A DNA stretch of 64,000 bases from Ancylonema sp. (GCA_050230475.1 JBFLGF010000061.1:1-64000), one strand, 5' to 3'. Numbered from the stretch's first letter, positions 12,796 to 26,783 are shown. Made by a program: numbers and translations. Notes: generated by a model from the sequence alone, not told the origin.

Positions 12796-14608
12796 ATGGC
12801 TCCCGGAAACGCAGTGGAGTCAATCAGTTATCGGAAACTCCGTCGGCCATCCCGAGCAGTCCTCATACTTTTCGCATCCATTTCTGCAGTTGCAGTCGGC
12901 TCCCTTCTGCTGAAAGCTGCTCAACTTCCGCAAGGGAAAGATTTGCCCTCCTCTTGCAGCTTGTCAAGGAATGGAACCGACGAAGGAAGCACACGGCTCC
13001 CGACTTCACTTCACTGGAGTAAAATTACCAAGTCGAGGGGGAGGTGGCCGCACGGGCCGGGCACAGGGGAAACCCTCTGGAAGATTCCCGAAAGGACAGC
13101 TGGCACTTGCTGGAGCAAGGCGGAGCGACATCTATACTACCGAAACTCCGTAGTGCCGCCTATGTCAGATGCACTTCGAAACAGACTGAAAGATTATGAG
13201 ATAATGCACGCCCGCTGCGTGAATGGGGTCTCCAACTGGACTAATCTCTTTTTGGGAAAAGGCCGCCCACAGGCACCGGGCTGCAAATTCATTATTCCGA
13301 GCTGCCCCGCCGGGCTGGGCAATAATTTCGTGAGCCTTATGTCCGTCTTCGTCTACGCTCTGCTCACCGACCGCGTTCTCCTCCTTTTTTGGAGCAACAT
13401 GCGGAACGGCCTCTGCAGCCCCTTCCAGGCCTCCGACTGGAATCTCATCTGGTATCTTGACCAGCCGGTCCGGGAGCTGCAGTTCTCCGCACCCAGGCTG
13501 CCGCAGCTGATGGAGATGCAGAAGAACGGCAGTTTTGAGGGCGTGCAGCACGCGTGGCTGTGGCAGTCCTGGGACTGGGCGCAGGAGGACGAGGCCTTCT
13601 TCTGCACGGAGGGGCAGGAGGTTCTGGCCAACGTGACGTGGCTCATTCTGCACTCGGAGCAGTACGCCGTGCCCGCCTACTTCCAGATGCCTTCCTTCCA
13701 ATCGTCCATGGAGGCCTGGTTCCCCAACCGAGTGGTCTTCGGGCAGCTGGTTCCGTACCTTCTGCACCCCAACAACCTCATGTGGGAGCGGATAACGAGA
13801 ACCTACGCAGCCTACCACGCCCCTGCAGATCGCAGGGTGGGCATTCAGGTCAGCATTCACTCCTCCCCGTTTCACATTTCGCACAATTCCTCGTGGCACC
13901 CAACCACCCCCCCCACCCCCCCCACTCCAGGTGCGCACGTTTGATGAGCCAGACGAGTATGCCCAAAACCGCATCCTCCACTGTGCTGTCAACATCAGCG
14001 GTGTGCTGCCCCCCACCGTTCAGGCTGTAGCGTGGGTGGAGGAGATGCAGTACCACCACGACCCCTATGCCCTCAAGCCCAAGCAGTCCTCTGCCTCATA
14101 CGTGGTGCAGCGGGTGGTTGCTGAGCGGCGGCCGCGGACGATATCTTTATTTGTGACCTCCATGCACGCCCACTTCTCCGAGTTCTTCCAGTCGTACTAC
14201 GGGGACTCGGCCGCAGTGGACGGGTCGTTTGTGCGGGTGAGCAGTGGGGCCCACGAGGGGGTGGAAGCACATGAGATGGAGAACGACCGGAGGGCTCTGG
14301 CCGAAATGTGGCTCTTGTCGTTTAGTGATGACCTCCTCACTTCGGATGCGTCCACATTCGGGTACTTGGCTGCTGGGCTGGGTGGTTTGAGACCATACCT
14401 CATGAACAACCGCAATAAGGCCGGAGCGGATGACAATTACAAAACTAACGGACGTCCGGTGTGCATCTTGAATCGCGGTGTTGAACCATGTTACCACTTC
14501 CATGCGAAGCGGACCACAAATTGTCTACAAAATCGCACTGATGTTGTCGCTTGTCAAGATTTCCCGTGGGGATTGCAAGTTGTCGAAAAATTGTACAGTA
14601 ATGTGTAG
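12796..14608 (+). CDS. GT37 alpha-1,2-fucosyltransferase (xyloglucan/AGP FUT-like), type II membrane protein
   Basis: Exons 12796-13848 and 13931-14608. N-terminal TM segment; motifs GLGN, YALLTDRVLL, LLHPNN..W, GIQVR, ALAEMWLLS, STFGYLAAGLGGLRP, EPCYH. Confidence 0.92.
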
Positions 14609-16411
14609 ACCTTTTCCATGATGCTTGCATGACCTATCGTAAACTGGTACAATCATGAATGATGAGCTCATGCAAGGTACTAAACCTAGATGAATGTTTG
14701 ATGCTAGTATTGTGTATCATACATTAATTAGTCAATCTCGCTTATTAAAAGTCATGGAGTACAAGACACCTGATGTCTCTTTGTAAGCATTTGATGCCAT
14801 CATGAGTATTAACACTTATGGATTCTCTACCGGTCCATACTGTTGTATGTCAACTACAGAGAGAAATGAATTGATTACGACTTAAATTTCGCCACACTCG
14901 AAGCAAGCTAGGTGTTGTTGTACGGTCGATCTGGGTATTCCTTTGCATTGAGTCGCATGTATTCCCTCGAGTTTGTGATATCAATACCTAGATAGTAGTA
15001 CGAGACCTCATTTTTTTGTCCCCGAAACAAAGTTTGAAGGCTCGAAGTGCATGGAAACAAAGAGTTTGCAAACGAAGGAGGCCGCGAGTGCGTTTTTTTT
15101 TTGGGAAAGTTGTGCAATATACCTCTCCACAAAGCAAAGGAGGATAGTCTCCCAAGTCCGGGAAAAACGTGGCGGGCTTGAATAACCCGCCATAATCAAT
15201 ATTATAATTAATAATTTAATAAAATAATAATAATGATATTCCCGAGTAAACAAATCCTTCAATAACGGAGAAGGACATAGAGAATGGAAAAAGTATCAAT
15301 AGCACGATGACACTTTAGGTAGGCCTGGTATGTGCATGTGGCCAGTATAATAACTGAGCAAGAATTAACATGCAATATGTTAACCAAAGCGAGAATGAAC
15401 ATGCACTTGAATATACTAGTGACCCATCTTTTGATGCTAATGTGTTGATGTCTGTGACTAGTGCAACAATCCTTGGTTGCTGGCTTTGGAAGTCCTTGCT
15501 AGCCTATAGTAAAGTTGATGGCATCGTACTATCATAACGATGGCACCACCATGTGTATGAGAAGGCAGCAAATGGTTCATAAAAGTATGGGAATCTTTAT
15601 ATTTGTGCCACCAAAGGTTGTTCTGTTTGTATGACCTCTTCCGATCGTTGCACTCGGGGCCACCAAGAAGGGTCATACCACTAGGTACACCACACCAAGA
15701 GATCATGCACAAGACTAATACAAGGATATGTTGTAGATTGGGCGATTGGATAAGTTCTTAGCAACATAAACAAAGTGAGCAGCGGGGTCAAGAAGTAATC
15801 TTACATGATTAAGCCGGACCAGGCTTCATCTTGTCATTTGCGATTTGTGCAATTGTAGCACGCTCACATGAATATTGACCATGCTTCAAGACAATTCGAC
15901 TTAAATGTGAAGAGCGAAACGTCTTTCAAACGAGGGAAAAATGGTCGATCGATGATGTGATTTCGGTCCAAATTTCAATCAGTCGGGACATTGGGTCATA
16001 CATAATTCGGAAGTGCACCCGTTTTGGTTCCGTTTTATTATTCACTTTTTTAGTTTTGAGATGGACGTGCACTCCCTGCATCATACATGTGCATGCTTGT
16101 ATAACATCAGGATATTGAAGGAATATACGAAAAGTTTGTTTGAGACACATACCAAAGAGTCATTGATAAGAAACTGCGTAAATCGCAAACAATTGCTCTA
16201 CACAACTCACCAGTCTTCTCACAGATCGCGTCCCTCCATAGATACCCATTGACAATGTCGATGCGATTCCGACAACCCCCTTAACGAAATCATAATTTTT
16301 TGTTTCATTTGTAGAGGAATATTGAGCTCCCTAGAGTCTCACCGACAAACTTAAGAAAATAAAATCTAACTAAACAATAAGCCTGACGACCAATGAACTA
16401 GCTCATGCACA

Positions 16412-18755
16412 TCACTTTTGGAACTTGTTCTTCTTTCCGAATTTCGGGTTTTTCAACATTCTCACGCTCAGAGGCGTCACCTCCACCAGCTCATCCTCCT
16501 GAATATACTCCACACAGTCGTCCAAACTGAACGACACCGGCTCCGCCAGCACCCCTGTTGCGTCCTTGTTGGAGCGCACGTTGGTGGCCGCCTTCCTCTT
16601 GCACGCGTTCAACTCCAAGTCCCCCGGCCGTTGGTGCATGCCGATAATCTGCCCCTTGTAGATCTCCACCCCACTGCTCAGAAACAGGGTGCCGCGATCT
16701 TGGCAACTGAAGAGGGCGTAGGAGGTGGTGGGCCCCGTGTCATAGGACACCAGCGACCCCTCGTTTCGAGTGTTGATGTCTCCTGCCATGTCGCCATACC
16801 CATGGAAGATGGTATTGATGATGGCGGTGCCCCGGGTGGCCGTCAGCATACTGTTCCGCAGTCCCAGCAGCCCGCGGGTGGGCATGCGGTACTTCACACT
16901 CGTGGTCCCACCCTCCACACTGCCACCCCCTCACCCCAACCCAACCCAACCCACCCTGTCACCTCCTGCCACATGTCAACCTGGCAGACAGCCCCCAGGG
17001 TTCTCACTTGGAAGCCACCAGGTCGAGCATCTGCCCCCTGCGTCTCCCCAGCATGTCCACTACAGCGCCCACATACACCTCGGGTACCTCCACCACCGCG
17101 TCCTCGAAGGGCTCCTGCTTCTTGCCCTTGTCTTCTTTGAAGATCACCTTGGGGGGGCCTACCATGAACTCGTACCCCTCGCGCCGCATGTTCTCGATGA
17201 GGATGGTGATGTGCAGCGTGCCGCGACCGCTCACCAGAAACGTGTCTGCCGTCTCCCCGTCCTCCACCTTCATGGCCAGGTTGCGCTCTAGCTCACGGTA
17301 CAGACGATCGCGCAGGTTGCGCGAGGTCACAAACTTGCCTTCCTTCCCCGCAAAGGGCGAGATGTTGACTGAGAAAGACATTTTCACAGTGGGCTCCTCT
17401 ACCGTAATGGTGGGCAGCGCCTCCCCATCCTTCCCCGCCACCGTCTCCCCGATCGCAGCGTCTGCCAATCCCGCGACAGCGCAGATGTCCCCCGCCTCCA
17501 CCATGTCCGTGTCCACCCTCGCGAAGTTGGAGTACACAAAGAGCTCCGTCACCTTGGCGCTGCGGGTCCGACCGTCGGGGGTGCAGATCTGAGCCCACCA
17601 CGTGTTGCTACACCTCAGCACCAATCCCAGTACCTAAACCCTGGACCCTGGACCCTGGACCCTGGACCCTGACATGTGGGCGTCCCTCACCTTGACCTCC
17701 TGGCCCTTGGCTATCCTCCCTGCGTGCACGCGCCCGATCGAGATGCGGCCCTTGTGCTCGTCGTAGTCAAGGTTGGTGACCAGCATCTGCAGAGGTGCAT
17801 CTGCGTCCACTAACGGCTGCGGGATGCACCGGAGGACGGTTTCAAACATTGGCTGGAGGTCGTCTGCAAGCATGTGGGGCTCCATCCCCGCCTTCCCTTG
17901 CAGTCCACTGGCATACACAGTCTGGAAGTCGCACTGCTCGTCTGTGGCCTCCAGCTCACAAAAGAGCTCAAAGGTCTGGTTCAGCACCCACTCCACCCGT
18001 GCCGCAGGACGGTCCACTTTGTTCACCACCACCACCACACGGTGTCCGAGTCCGAGCGCTTTCTTGAGCACGAACCGAGTCTGTGGCATAGGCCCCTCCA
18101 CGGAATCCACCAGCAGCAGCACGCCGTCGACCATGTTGAGCACACGCTCCACCTCGCCACCGAAGTCGGAGTGACCAGGGGTGTCGATGATGTTGATCTT
18201 CGTGCCATTGTACGTGATGGCCGTGTTCTTACTCAAAATTGTGATTCCACGCTCCCTCTCCAGGTCATTGCTGTCCATGATGCGCTCCTGCATCGTCTGA
18301 TTGTCACGGAACACCTTTGCCTGTCGCAGCATGGCATCCACCAGCGTCGTCTTCCCGTGGTCCACGTGGGCGATGATGGCGATGTTGCGGATGTTGTCGC
18401 GCGGCTTTAACGACGATTCCGTGGCAGCTTCTGTGGCCAGCACGGCTTGAGGCTGGAGAGAAGGCCCACGTCGGGCGGGGACAGGGGTGCAGGGGGTCAC
18501 CAACTGCTGCCCCAGGAAAGCGCTTCCTACCTCTGCTCCATTGCGAGGCAAAGCGAAGCTGTTGGGCTGCACACACAGTGCAAATCAAGTCCAGCTCAGA
18601 TTTCACCGGCCAGTAGAAGGATGTGGGACTGGCGGGACTTCCAGCGCTACGGTTCCGAATATCCGTGATCCACCATGAACAGATGTACTGGTTGCATGTC
18701 ACAAAACGAAGAAGAGCCAAGCAGAAACCGACCTGGCAATGAGTAAGTCCACCAT
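16412..18755 (-). CDS. TypA: TypA/BipA translational GTPase, plastid-type (SVR3-like)
   Basis: Main exons 18566-17691, 17588-17008, 16919-16412. Motifs [44 protein letters not shown]. The two small 5' exons and the 18755 start are tentative. Confidence 0.95.
17637..17670. repeat. (CCCTGGA)n 7-bp repeat in a TypA intron
   Basis: About 4.5 units, preceded by CCTAAACCCT. Confidence 0.85.
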
Positions 18756-19892
18756 GTGTGATCGTGATAGTTCATTACAGCGATCCATCTGCTAAGATCC
18801 ATCAGCATTCCAACCGTGGACATGCAAATTTATTGAAAGATGCGTATCGGTACGCGCTTAATGTTATGTCACCTGCGACGCAGCACGGGCGTCCTTTGAG
18901 ACCGCTGACAAAGCGCCAACAGATCCGGTCCTGTGCAGGAGAGTCGCCATAGCTTGCGGAACGGGACTGATCAGAAGCTAACCTCTATTATATTTTACAA
19001 AACTTACGGAAACACAATGCCGTTGCAAATCTCCTTTCTGTCGTGGGAAGAGGTACGTGAAGCCAGTCAACAAATCTTGTCTAAGGAGATGCGGCCTCAC
19101 AGGAGGAAGAGGGACAGGGAACAAACCGATATTATCCATCGTCGGGATCTTCTGTATCTTGAGATGCTTGCTGTTTATTTTTTGTGTGGACACGTGGAAG
19201 CATTGAAGGGGTTGAGGAAGTGTGACCCCTGTCGGTGGCTTTTGTGAACGAGATATTCCGCACGATTCGTTTACTACGGTTTAGTTTTTGATCTGAAAGG
19301 AAACCCTACAAAAACCAAAACTCCGACCCCTACGGAATGCAGAAAACGAATCACTCAACATTGTGAGCAACCCTGGGGGCTGGGGGCTGGAGGGTGGAGG
19401 TACCCCCCACCCTTTTACAACCCTTTTCCTACCCCAGGCTCGGAGTTGGACTCGGATTGTAGAAATATATATTTTAATTAAAAACCCAGAAAAATAAAAA
19501 ATAAAAAAATGAACATTTCGATTCTTAAACTTCTTAAAGTGATTCTTAAAGTGATAAAGTGACGAGGTCGGCGGGATGGCCGAGTTCTAATTTACCGGCC
19601 CGGGTTGAGCTCAGCCCAGGCTGGCCCCTCCCTCCCATCCGGGCTGGCTGTGCTGTGAGTCGTCGACCCGTGTTGGCCCACCTCAAACCGGGTTTCATGC
19701 CCTTTATGACATGGTCGGGGAAACGGGTTTGGGGTCGAGGGCTGGGGACTGGACGTGACCCAAGTTGGGGGTTGCGCAATATGGTGGTCACCAACCAACC
19801 ATATGACAGTAGCGTATATTAATATAGAATTCACGTTCAACATCAATTCACGTTGATCTTATATAGAGTAATCCATGGCTAAGGCACCTCCC

Positions 19893-20448
19893 CAGCGTTC
19901 GCCGATACGCTATACGCTACTCAATACGCTAGAGTCGTAATATGCTAATTTCGCGTACTACATTTGGGGGTTCGATACGTGAAACGCGGATAAAGCCAAA
20001 ACTACCAGTTTTGAGGAATTTTTGACTCGGGATTTTTACATGCTTAATCTCAAAGGCCAAATTCATCGATTTAGCCATCTAAAACAAGGGAGTTGGTGTT
20101 AATATCGTCAAGAAATCATGAAAATAATCTAGATGACTGTGTGTACAAGAGGTGTGATGGCTCTTTGATCATACTCGACGTCCTACAATTGCCTACACTA
20201 CTTTTCTACTAGAACCAGAATATACTCAATGACTTGGTCGTGTCTAGCTTCCTATGTACTCTTGATCATCACTTTCGCGCACGTATGTTCGATAGAACGT
20301 TTTCCCCATAACAATAGGCAATTGCATTCGTCGAGTTGGATTCAAGCGTATTTTTAGAGCGTATTCTAGCGTAATACATACGTTGAGGCCAAAATGCGCT
20401 ATTTTAGCGTTTTACGTCAGGCGATATACGGAGTATTGGCGAACCATG
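19893..20448. mobile_element. Non-autonomous hAT-type element (MITE), 556 bp
   Basis: Imperfect TIRs CAGCGTTCGCCGATAC and (rc) CATGGTTCGCCAATAC. 8-bp flanks CACCTCCC/CACCTACC match 7/8. Subterminal ATACGC/GCGTAT repeats. Confidence 0.75.
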
Positions 20449-20867
20449 CACCTACCCCTACATCGCGCGCTTCACTGTCTTCTCCGGAATTGTGTACTGT
20501 TGTCTAGTACGATCAGTCCACAGATTCGACGGATTTAGGTTATGTAATTTCTTTGTGGCATATCTATGTAATGAGATGGGGTCCCGACGACTCTCACTAA
20601 CGATGTAGAAGCCAAACATAACCCGCCTTTTTGTGTTTAAGGCAATTGATAAAAAATCACCCCCCCCCCCATCCCCTTCGCCGATCCCAATTTACTGAAC
20701 CATCCCCCGTACCACCGTTTCATAAGTAATGTCGTTACCCCATGACTAAACCCTCCTTTTCCGTCCNATCAGGGTCAGGTTAGCCTCGTAGGTGGTGGTC
20801 GACAAAGGGGCTCACTCCCTCGTTTCTCAGCCCGCTATGATCCTGGGGAAAATTAGTGTGGGCAAAG

Positions 20868-22640
20868 ATGTTGCCACGTTGGTTGCACGTGTTTTTCAAC
20901 TCAGCTTGCTTTTCCAGTCTAGATTTTTTTGATGCATTTCTGTGTCATGCATTTTCCGTTTTCGACTATCTTGCGGGAGAACCTTGGGAGCAGTGTCGCT
21001 ATTGTGCATCGAGTCCAGAGAGCCAATCGCAAAGTCGGGACACAATTCATACGAACCATGAGAATACAGATGCTAAGCATACGAAAGGTTCCTGCTTCGC
21101 ACACTCTCACACGGACTCGGTAAAAGAGTCGTCGTTCGAAATCGGCGATGTTAGAGCTCTGAAGCCCTTCCTGTCATCAGATCGACCTTGTTTCCGCCTC
21201 CCTCCCGACATCCCGGAATTACCCTCACGATTTCACACCGACCTAGGCTTCTGTTGCCCGTCTCCGACACTTGCGCAAGTGAAGTCCTTCGCATGCGCTC
21301 GTGCGCTCGGACACTTGAAATTCAGTTCTGTCGGTACGGGACGGAAGGGGCAGCCCGGATGTCTGACACTCCGGTTTCGGAAACGTGACGGCGCTAGAGT
21401 GCGAAAGTCGATCCGATGGTCCGACTGCCACTGCACCGTCTGCAGCAAATGGGAACAGGGTGACGGTCGCTTGTCCGTCCACGCCCGCGGTGGTGGTGAG
21501 AGACAGATAGAGGGAGCACTTGCAGATACCCCTCCTGCCTGTGCCCCCTCCCTCCCCCCTGTTATCTTCCTACATGGCTTCCTCGCCTCTTCCTCTTTCT
21601 GGACAGAAACGGTGCTGCCCCATCTTCCCCCTGCACTCCCCACCGTGGCAGTCGACCTGTTGGGCTTCGGCACGAGTCCCAAGCCTATCAGCAGCCAGTA
21701 CACAATCTCGGATCATGTGGAGTGAGTACACCTCTGACCTGCCCTTGTTATATGGCAGGATGCTGACTGCCCAAGGTCCCATTTTGGCAGGGCCATTTCC
21801 AGAAGCGTGCTCCTATCAGGTCAAGCGGATTGTTCGCAAAAATTTGCGGTGGTCGGCCACAGCATGGGCTGCATTCTGGCTCTGGCGCTAGCAGCGGCCC
21901 ACCCACAGACTGTCACCTCTGTCATCCTCATCGCACCGGTACCCTTTTCTCCCTCCTTCCCTCGCCGCGTCTATCACCTCACTCTTCTCTCACCCCACCC
22001 CCTCAAACATTGCCCCCCCCCAGCCGTCCGTGACTCCCTCCCCTGGAGAGTCTCCGAGTGCAGCTTTCTTTCATCAAATTGCACCTCGCCACCTGTCCTC
22101 TCTTCCCCGCCTGTTCATCAGTGTGATGGCGTGGTACGAACACATCGGCCGCCTGATCTGCGCCATCCTGTGTCGTGGGCACTGGTTGTGGGACCCACTG
22201 ATGACAGTGACACTGCCCAAACTTACGAGGAGAAGGTAGGAACGCATCTGCCCCACACACACTCCCTTTTTTGCACACAACAAGGCCTCACACGTGGTGC
22301 GTTGTGATTGGTCTGCAGCGTGCCTCCTTCGTTCGTGACGGCCTTCAGCCAACACACGCACCACTCAGCGTGGCACACCTTCCACAACACCATTTGTGGG
22401 GGGGCCCAAATCCTCCATCCATGCCTACAGAGGCTCAGGGAGCATGGAGTGACAGTCCACATTATCCATGGACGGGAGGACACCATGTGTCGGCACGAGG
22501 GAAGTGTTGAGCTGGCTGCTCGTCATGGCAACGTGAAGCTTGAGAGTGTGGAGGGGGACCACGTGACATGTGTAGTTGGGAGGGAGAAGCAAGTAGCAAA
22601 GGCCCTTGCAACTATGCTGTTGAAGCAAGGAGTAGACTAA
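20868..22640 (+). CDS. BODYGUARD-like alpha/beta hydrolase
   Basis: Exons 20868-21721, 21791-21938, 22024-22235, 22319-22640. Motifs LDFFDAFLC, RWSDCHC, FLHGFLASSSFWTETV, DLLGFGTSPKP, GHSMG, HTHHSAWHTFHNTIC. Confidence 0.88.
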
Positions 22641-24200
22641 TCAAACCCTTTAGCAAGTTTGGGTTCTGGGTGGGTGCGGGTTGCAACATACATGCATGTA
22701 TGTATGTGCGCACGTGCATGTATGTTGCAACTTGTAGATGGAGTCAATGCATGCTTAGCTCATAGAGAAGAAAAAAAACAAAAAAAATTGCCCATTATGC
22801 GCAGCATGATGGATGCTTATGATTGCGAAGTTGAGTTGTAGGTGATTAGGAGTCAACATTTTTGGGACTATGAAGGCAAGTGATTTACTATGCAGATGTG
22901 GATAATAGATGCTTATGATTGCAAAGTTGAGCTGAAGGTAGGTTGTGAGCTAACATTTCTTGGGCTGGAGGAGTCATGGACTTTGTACATAACTGTGTAG
23001 CTGCCCTTGTACAATCCATTCCTTGTTGTTGCCCTATTTTGTCAAGATTTGAAAGATAGGCTATTTTGTTTCTTCTGCGTACCTTTAACTTGGTTTATAT
23101 CAAAATCTAACTCTCAATGAACTTTGCTTTGACACCTTTTTTTCGATATCATCTTCCTCGTCCCTCTCTTTTGTCACCTTACGTAATTTCCTCGAATGGA
23201 GGTTCAGATTTTAGGAGCATCATATGGATGTACGTGGGCACATGCACAACCATCTTGAGTGTATTCATGCGCTTTTAGGTTTTCATCATTTCCATCACCT
23301 CGCCATTCAATGCTCCATGTTTGTCCTCTCCTCCTCTCCTCCTCTCCTCGAACAAATTATGGACGAGTTTGGTAAATACATAACCGCTCGCGTATGACAT
23401 ACATGCTTGTCGAGTTTTCTTGTAGCATGTGTAGTGAGAAATACTTAGGTGGCACCTGGGTCACAAGCGATTATCCAATTCCACACCGGACAAACCAATG
23501 ACTAGACACTACGAGAAAAAAAAACTTAATGTTTACTTGGAAGCCATGCATCTTCTCAATAGGTTCTACGCATTTACGTGAACTGAGTCAGTGATTAAAA
23601 GTGATGTAGTGGCATTGTGCACAATAAAAACGTTTTGAGAAGATTCCTACCCCAATAATAGTCTGGGACGGTGCCCCGTTGTTAAATATTGCAGCATGAT
23701 TCATGAAAATCTCGTTACGAAGTAGCAACCATCGCAGGTGACATTGTTTGGAGGCACGCGAGGTTCACCTTCCCTTGTGAACCATGTGTGTTCAGGGTTC
23801 ACAAGGAAAGGTGATGGAAAATGAAGATCAAGCGCCTTGATTTCTTATGGCACACAACAATTAATTTGTGTATTCCATGGAGGGGATGGTTGCACATAGT
23901 GTTCAACACTTATTTGCCGAAAAATCGTATCCCATACTAGGTGGGACGAATGGTATAAGATATTTAAGGATGTCAACATTCCGTTAGCGCCCCTGATTTC
24001 AATTTGTGCGACTCATCATACACTTATTACATTGGACAAACGAAATCATAATGAAAATTCGCCTCCATTATTTGAATACACATAAATGTGTTACATCCCT
24101 TATGTACCGAGTGTCTACAGTAGAGTCCCTCTAGTATGTTAACCCCTCCTACGACCACCACATGTTACAAGTAACTACACCACTTCCAACTAAGCTATCT

Positions 24201-26529
24201 TCAAACGACTTGTGTGCAGGAGGCTCCATCCTCATCCGGGTTGGCACACATCCCATCCCCGCTTCTAGAGGCCCCAGGAGTCTCTATACCAAGAAAGGTC
24301 GGCACTTTTCTTGTTGTCGTCGCGGCCTCAAATGCGGACGCGATTTGGATAAGCTGCGGCTCCATACAGGAGCGGGCGATGAAAGTGAGTCCAAACGGTA
24401 CGCCCTCCCCCGAGTAGCCAGCAGGGATGGTGATGCCTGCGCCAGCACACACAACGCCACCCATTTTCCATTTTGTTCATAACTTTCGCACGCACCTCTT
24501 CCCCCCTTACCCCATTTATCACACGACCCCCCTTCACTTACCGGGATACCCCCCGATGGCCGCAAGTTTGTAGATTCGGGAGTTTGTTGGGCCGACAATG
24601 GCATCCAATTTATGTTCCTCAAACTGTTTGTCCACCGCCTCGACCACGTAACCCGCCACAACCTCCTTAGCTCTCAAGTACGCCTTCTCCTGGTCCCACT
24701 CACAACGCGCCACTTGTCAGCTTCCCCACCCCTGCCCTCTGCAGTCCCTCCCTAGAAACGAGTATGTCTTTACCTTCAGCCCCGTGCTTTTCACTGCCTG
24801 ATAGAACAGGTCTTGATTCATCACCCCCAGCTCCACCTCCCGATTTTCTTCATTGAAAGCCACTAGTTCCTCCAAACTCGTGGCGTGCGGGGAGGCCTGG
24901 AGGGAGGCGAGGTAGGCGGCAATGTCTGCTTTGAACTCGTGCACCATTACGATGCGCTCTGCAGTGTCCGGAAACTCGAGCGTGCCGTTCATGATGGCAT
25001 CTGCCACGCCCTCCCGGAGCTGGAGGTCCACCAGAGTGGCCCCCAGCGCCTCCAGAAGACGCAGGTGTGTATGCTGCACTGCCATCTCCTCCTCACTCAC
25101 ACCCCCCGCGTGGGGCGTCCAGAAAGGGAGGGTGATGTACCCGATGCGCTTGCCCTGACACCCAAATGTGTCCAGAAACTGCACACACGTAGAAAGAGAT
25201 TGGGGTGGTGATCTTGAGGCTGCCCCTCCCTCCATCCCCCAGCCCCCCCCTCCTGACCCTGCTGACCTCCCTGTAGCTCCCTGTGGGCATGTTGTGATGA
25301 CAGGTGGCAGTGGCAGGGTCTAAGGGGTCCACCTCCCTCGCCACCATCGCATCCAGCAGCAGCACCGCGTCCTCCAAGAAACGCGCCATGGGTCTGCACT
25401 CACCCGCCCACAAAGTTGAGCAACAATCGAATTTGGTACCCACTGAAGCGAGCAAGCCCTCACCCCACAGAGTCGTGCGCCACGGTAATGGGCACCACTC
25501 CTGCGCGGCTGGTGAGGCCGACAGTGGGTTTCAGGCCGACCAGCGCCGCGTGGCTGGAGGGGCACAGGATGGACCCATCCGTTTCTGTGCCCAGCGCTAC
25601 AGTCGCCAGGTTGGCCGCTACAGCCACAGCAGATCCCCCGCTGGAGCCACAGGGGGAGGCCGTGATGACGTACGGGTTCTTCGTCGTGCCCCCCCGTGCG
25701 CTCCACCCAATAACCTTGTCCGTCGCCCGGATACCCGCCCACTCGTTCATGTTGGCCTTCCCCAGAATGATCATTCCAGCGGCTCGAATGCTGCGGACGA
25801 CGGACGAATCGCGTGCCACCACCGACCCTAGCAATGCTGCCAGCTGTCGTGTTCATCTTATCCTGGGTGCCGATGTTGTCCTTGAGGGCAATGGGGATGC
25901 CGTGAAGGGGGCCGAGAGCGCCAGGTGGGGAAAGAGTCCGCTCTCGGTCCTTCTCGTCAGCGATGGCGAGTGCGTCCGGGTTGAGTTCGATAAAGGCGTG
26001 GAGGAGAGGGTCGTGGAGGGCGATTCGGTGGAGGTAGAACTGGACGAGGGCGCGGGAGGTGAGGCGACCACTCTGCAGCTCGTATTGAAGCCCTGACACC
26101 AACGGGGTAGGCGCGATGCCGGGAAGAGGCAAAATAAGGATATGCGGAGACAGTCATCCAATATCAATCATCATTCCTTACTCAGCTGATTTTTCAAGAT
26201 AGTGCGTATTTATTACACAGCTACATTCGAATGGCTTTGACGGGTCTGAAACGCGTGTGAAGCGCCTCACCTCCTATCGTGGCTTCCTCGATCTGAAATC
26301 CAGCCTTGACTGGCCTTTCCGGGCCCTCAAACCGGTCCTTCACCAGCGAGTCGTGGTACCAGATCCCCGTCGCAATCAAGGAAATGATACCGATGGGCAA
26401 AAAAACGGCAGCGAAAAATTCCCATGTCCGATGCTGTGGAGCAGCTGGAGGCGGTTGGGGCAATGCGCCTGCCGAGATAGTCTTCGTCACTTGCTCAGCA
26501 GCTTCCTGCTGCACTTCCTTGTGCTCCAT
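24201..26529 (-). CDS. Amidase-signature family protein with N-terminal TM anchor; frameshift near 25836
   Basis: Six GT-AG exons. Motifs LHGIPIALKDNI, ILGKANMNEW, PCGSSGGSAVAVA, GTETDGSILCP, VGLKPTVGLTSR, GGYPGITIPAG. Confidence 0.9.
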
Positions 26530-26783
26530 CGAGTCTTGAAGCAAAATGTGACTATATTTTTCCAATTGTTCGACGGGTAGGTGTCATGACGCTCACGGCG
26601 CCTGGATTAGCCCGCAATCAATCACTGTTATTGTCCGCAACTACAGGGGGGAAGGTAGGAGGGAGGAGGGAGCGCTGGTTCTTCGGAAGGGGGGGGGTTT
26701 TTTCGACTTTCGAATTTCGGTTTTTTTTAATTTTCGATACTTCACACGTGCTCAGCTACAAAAACACACTTTTCCAGCTGGAC

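Noticed and set aside
16418..17592. Long antisense ORFs over TypA (also over FUT, IRX10 and PGM)
   Set aside because: These are shadows of GC-rich codon usage on the coding strand.
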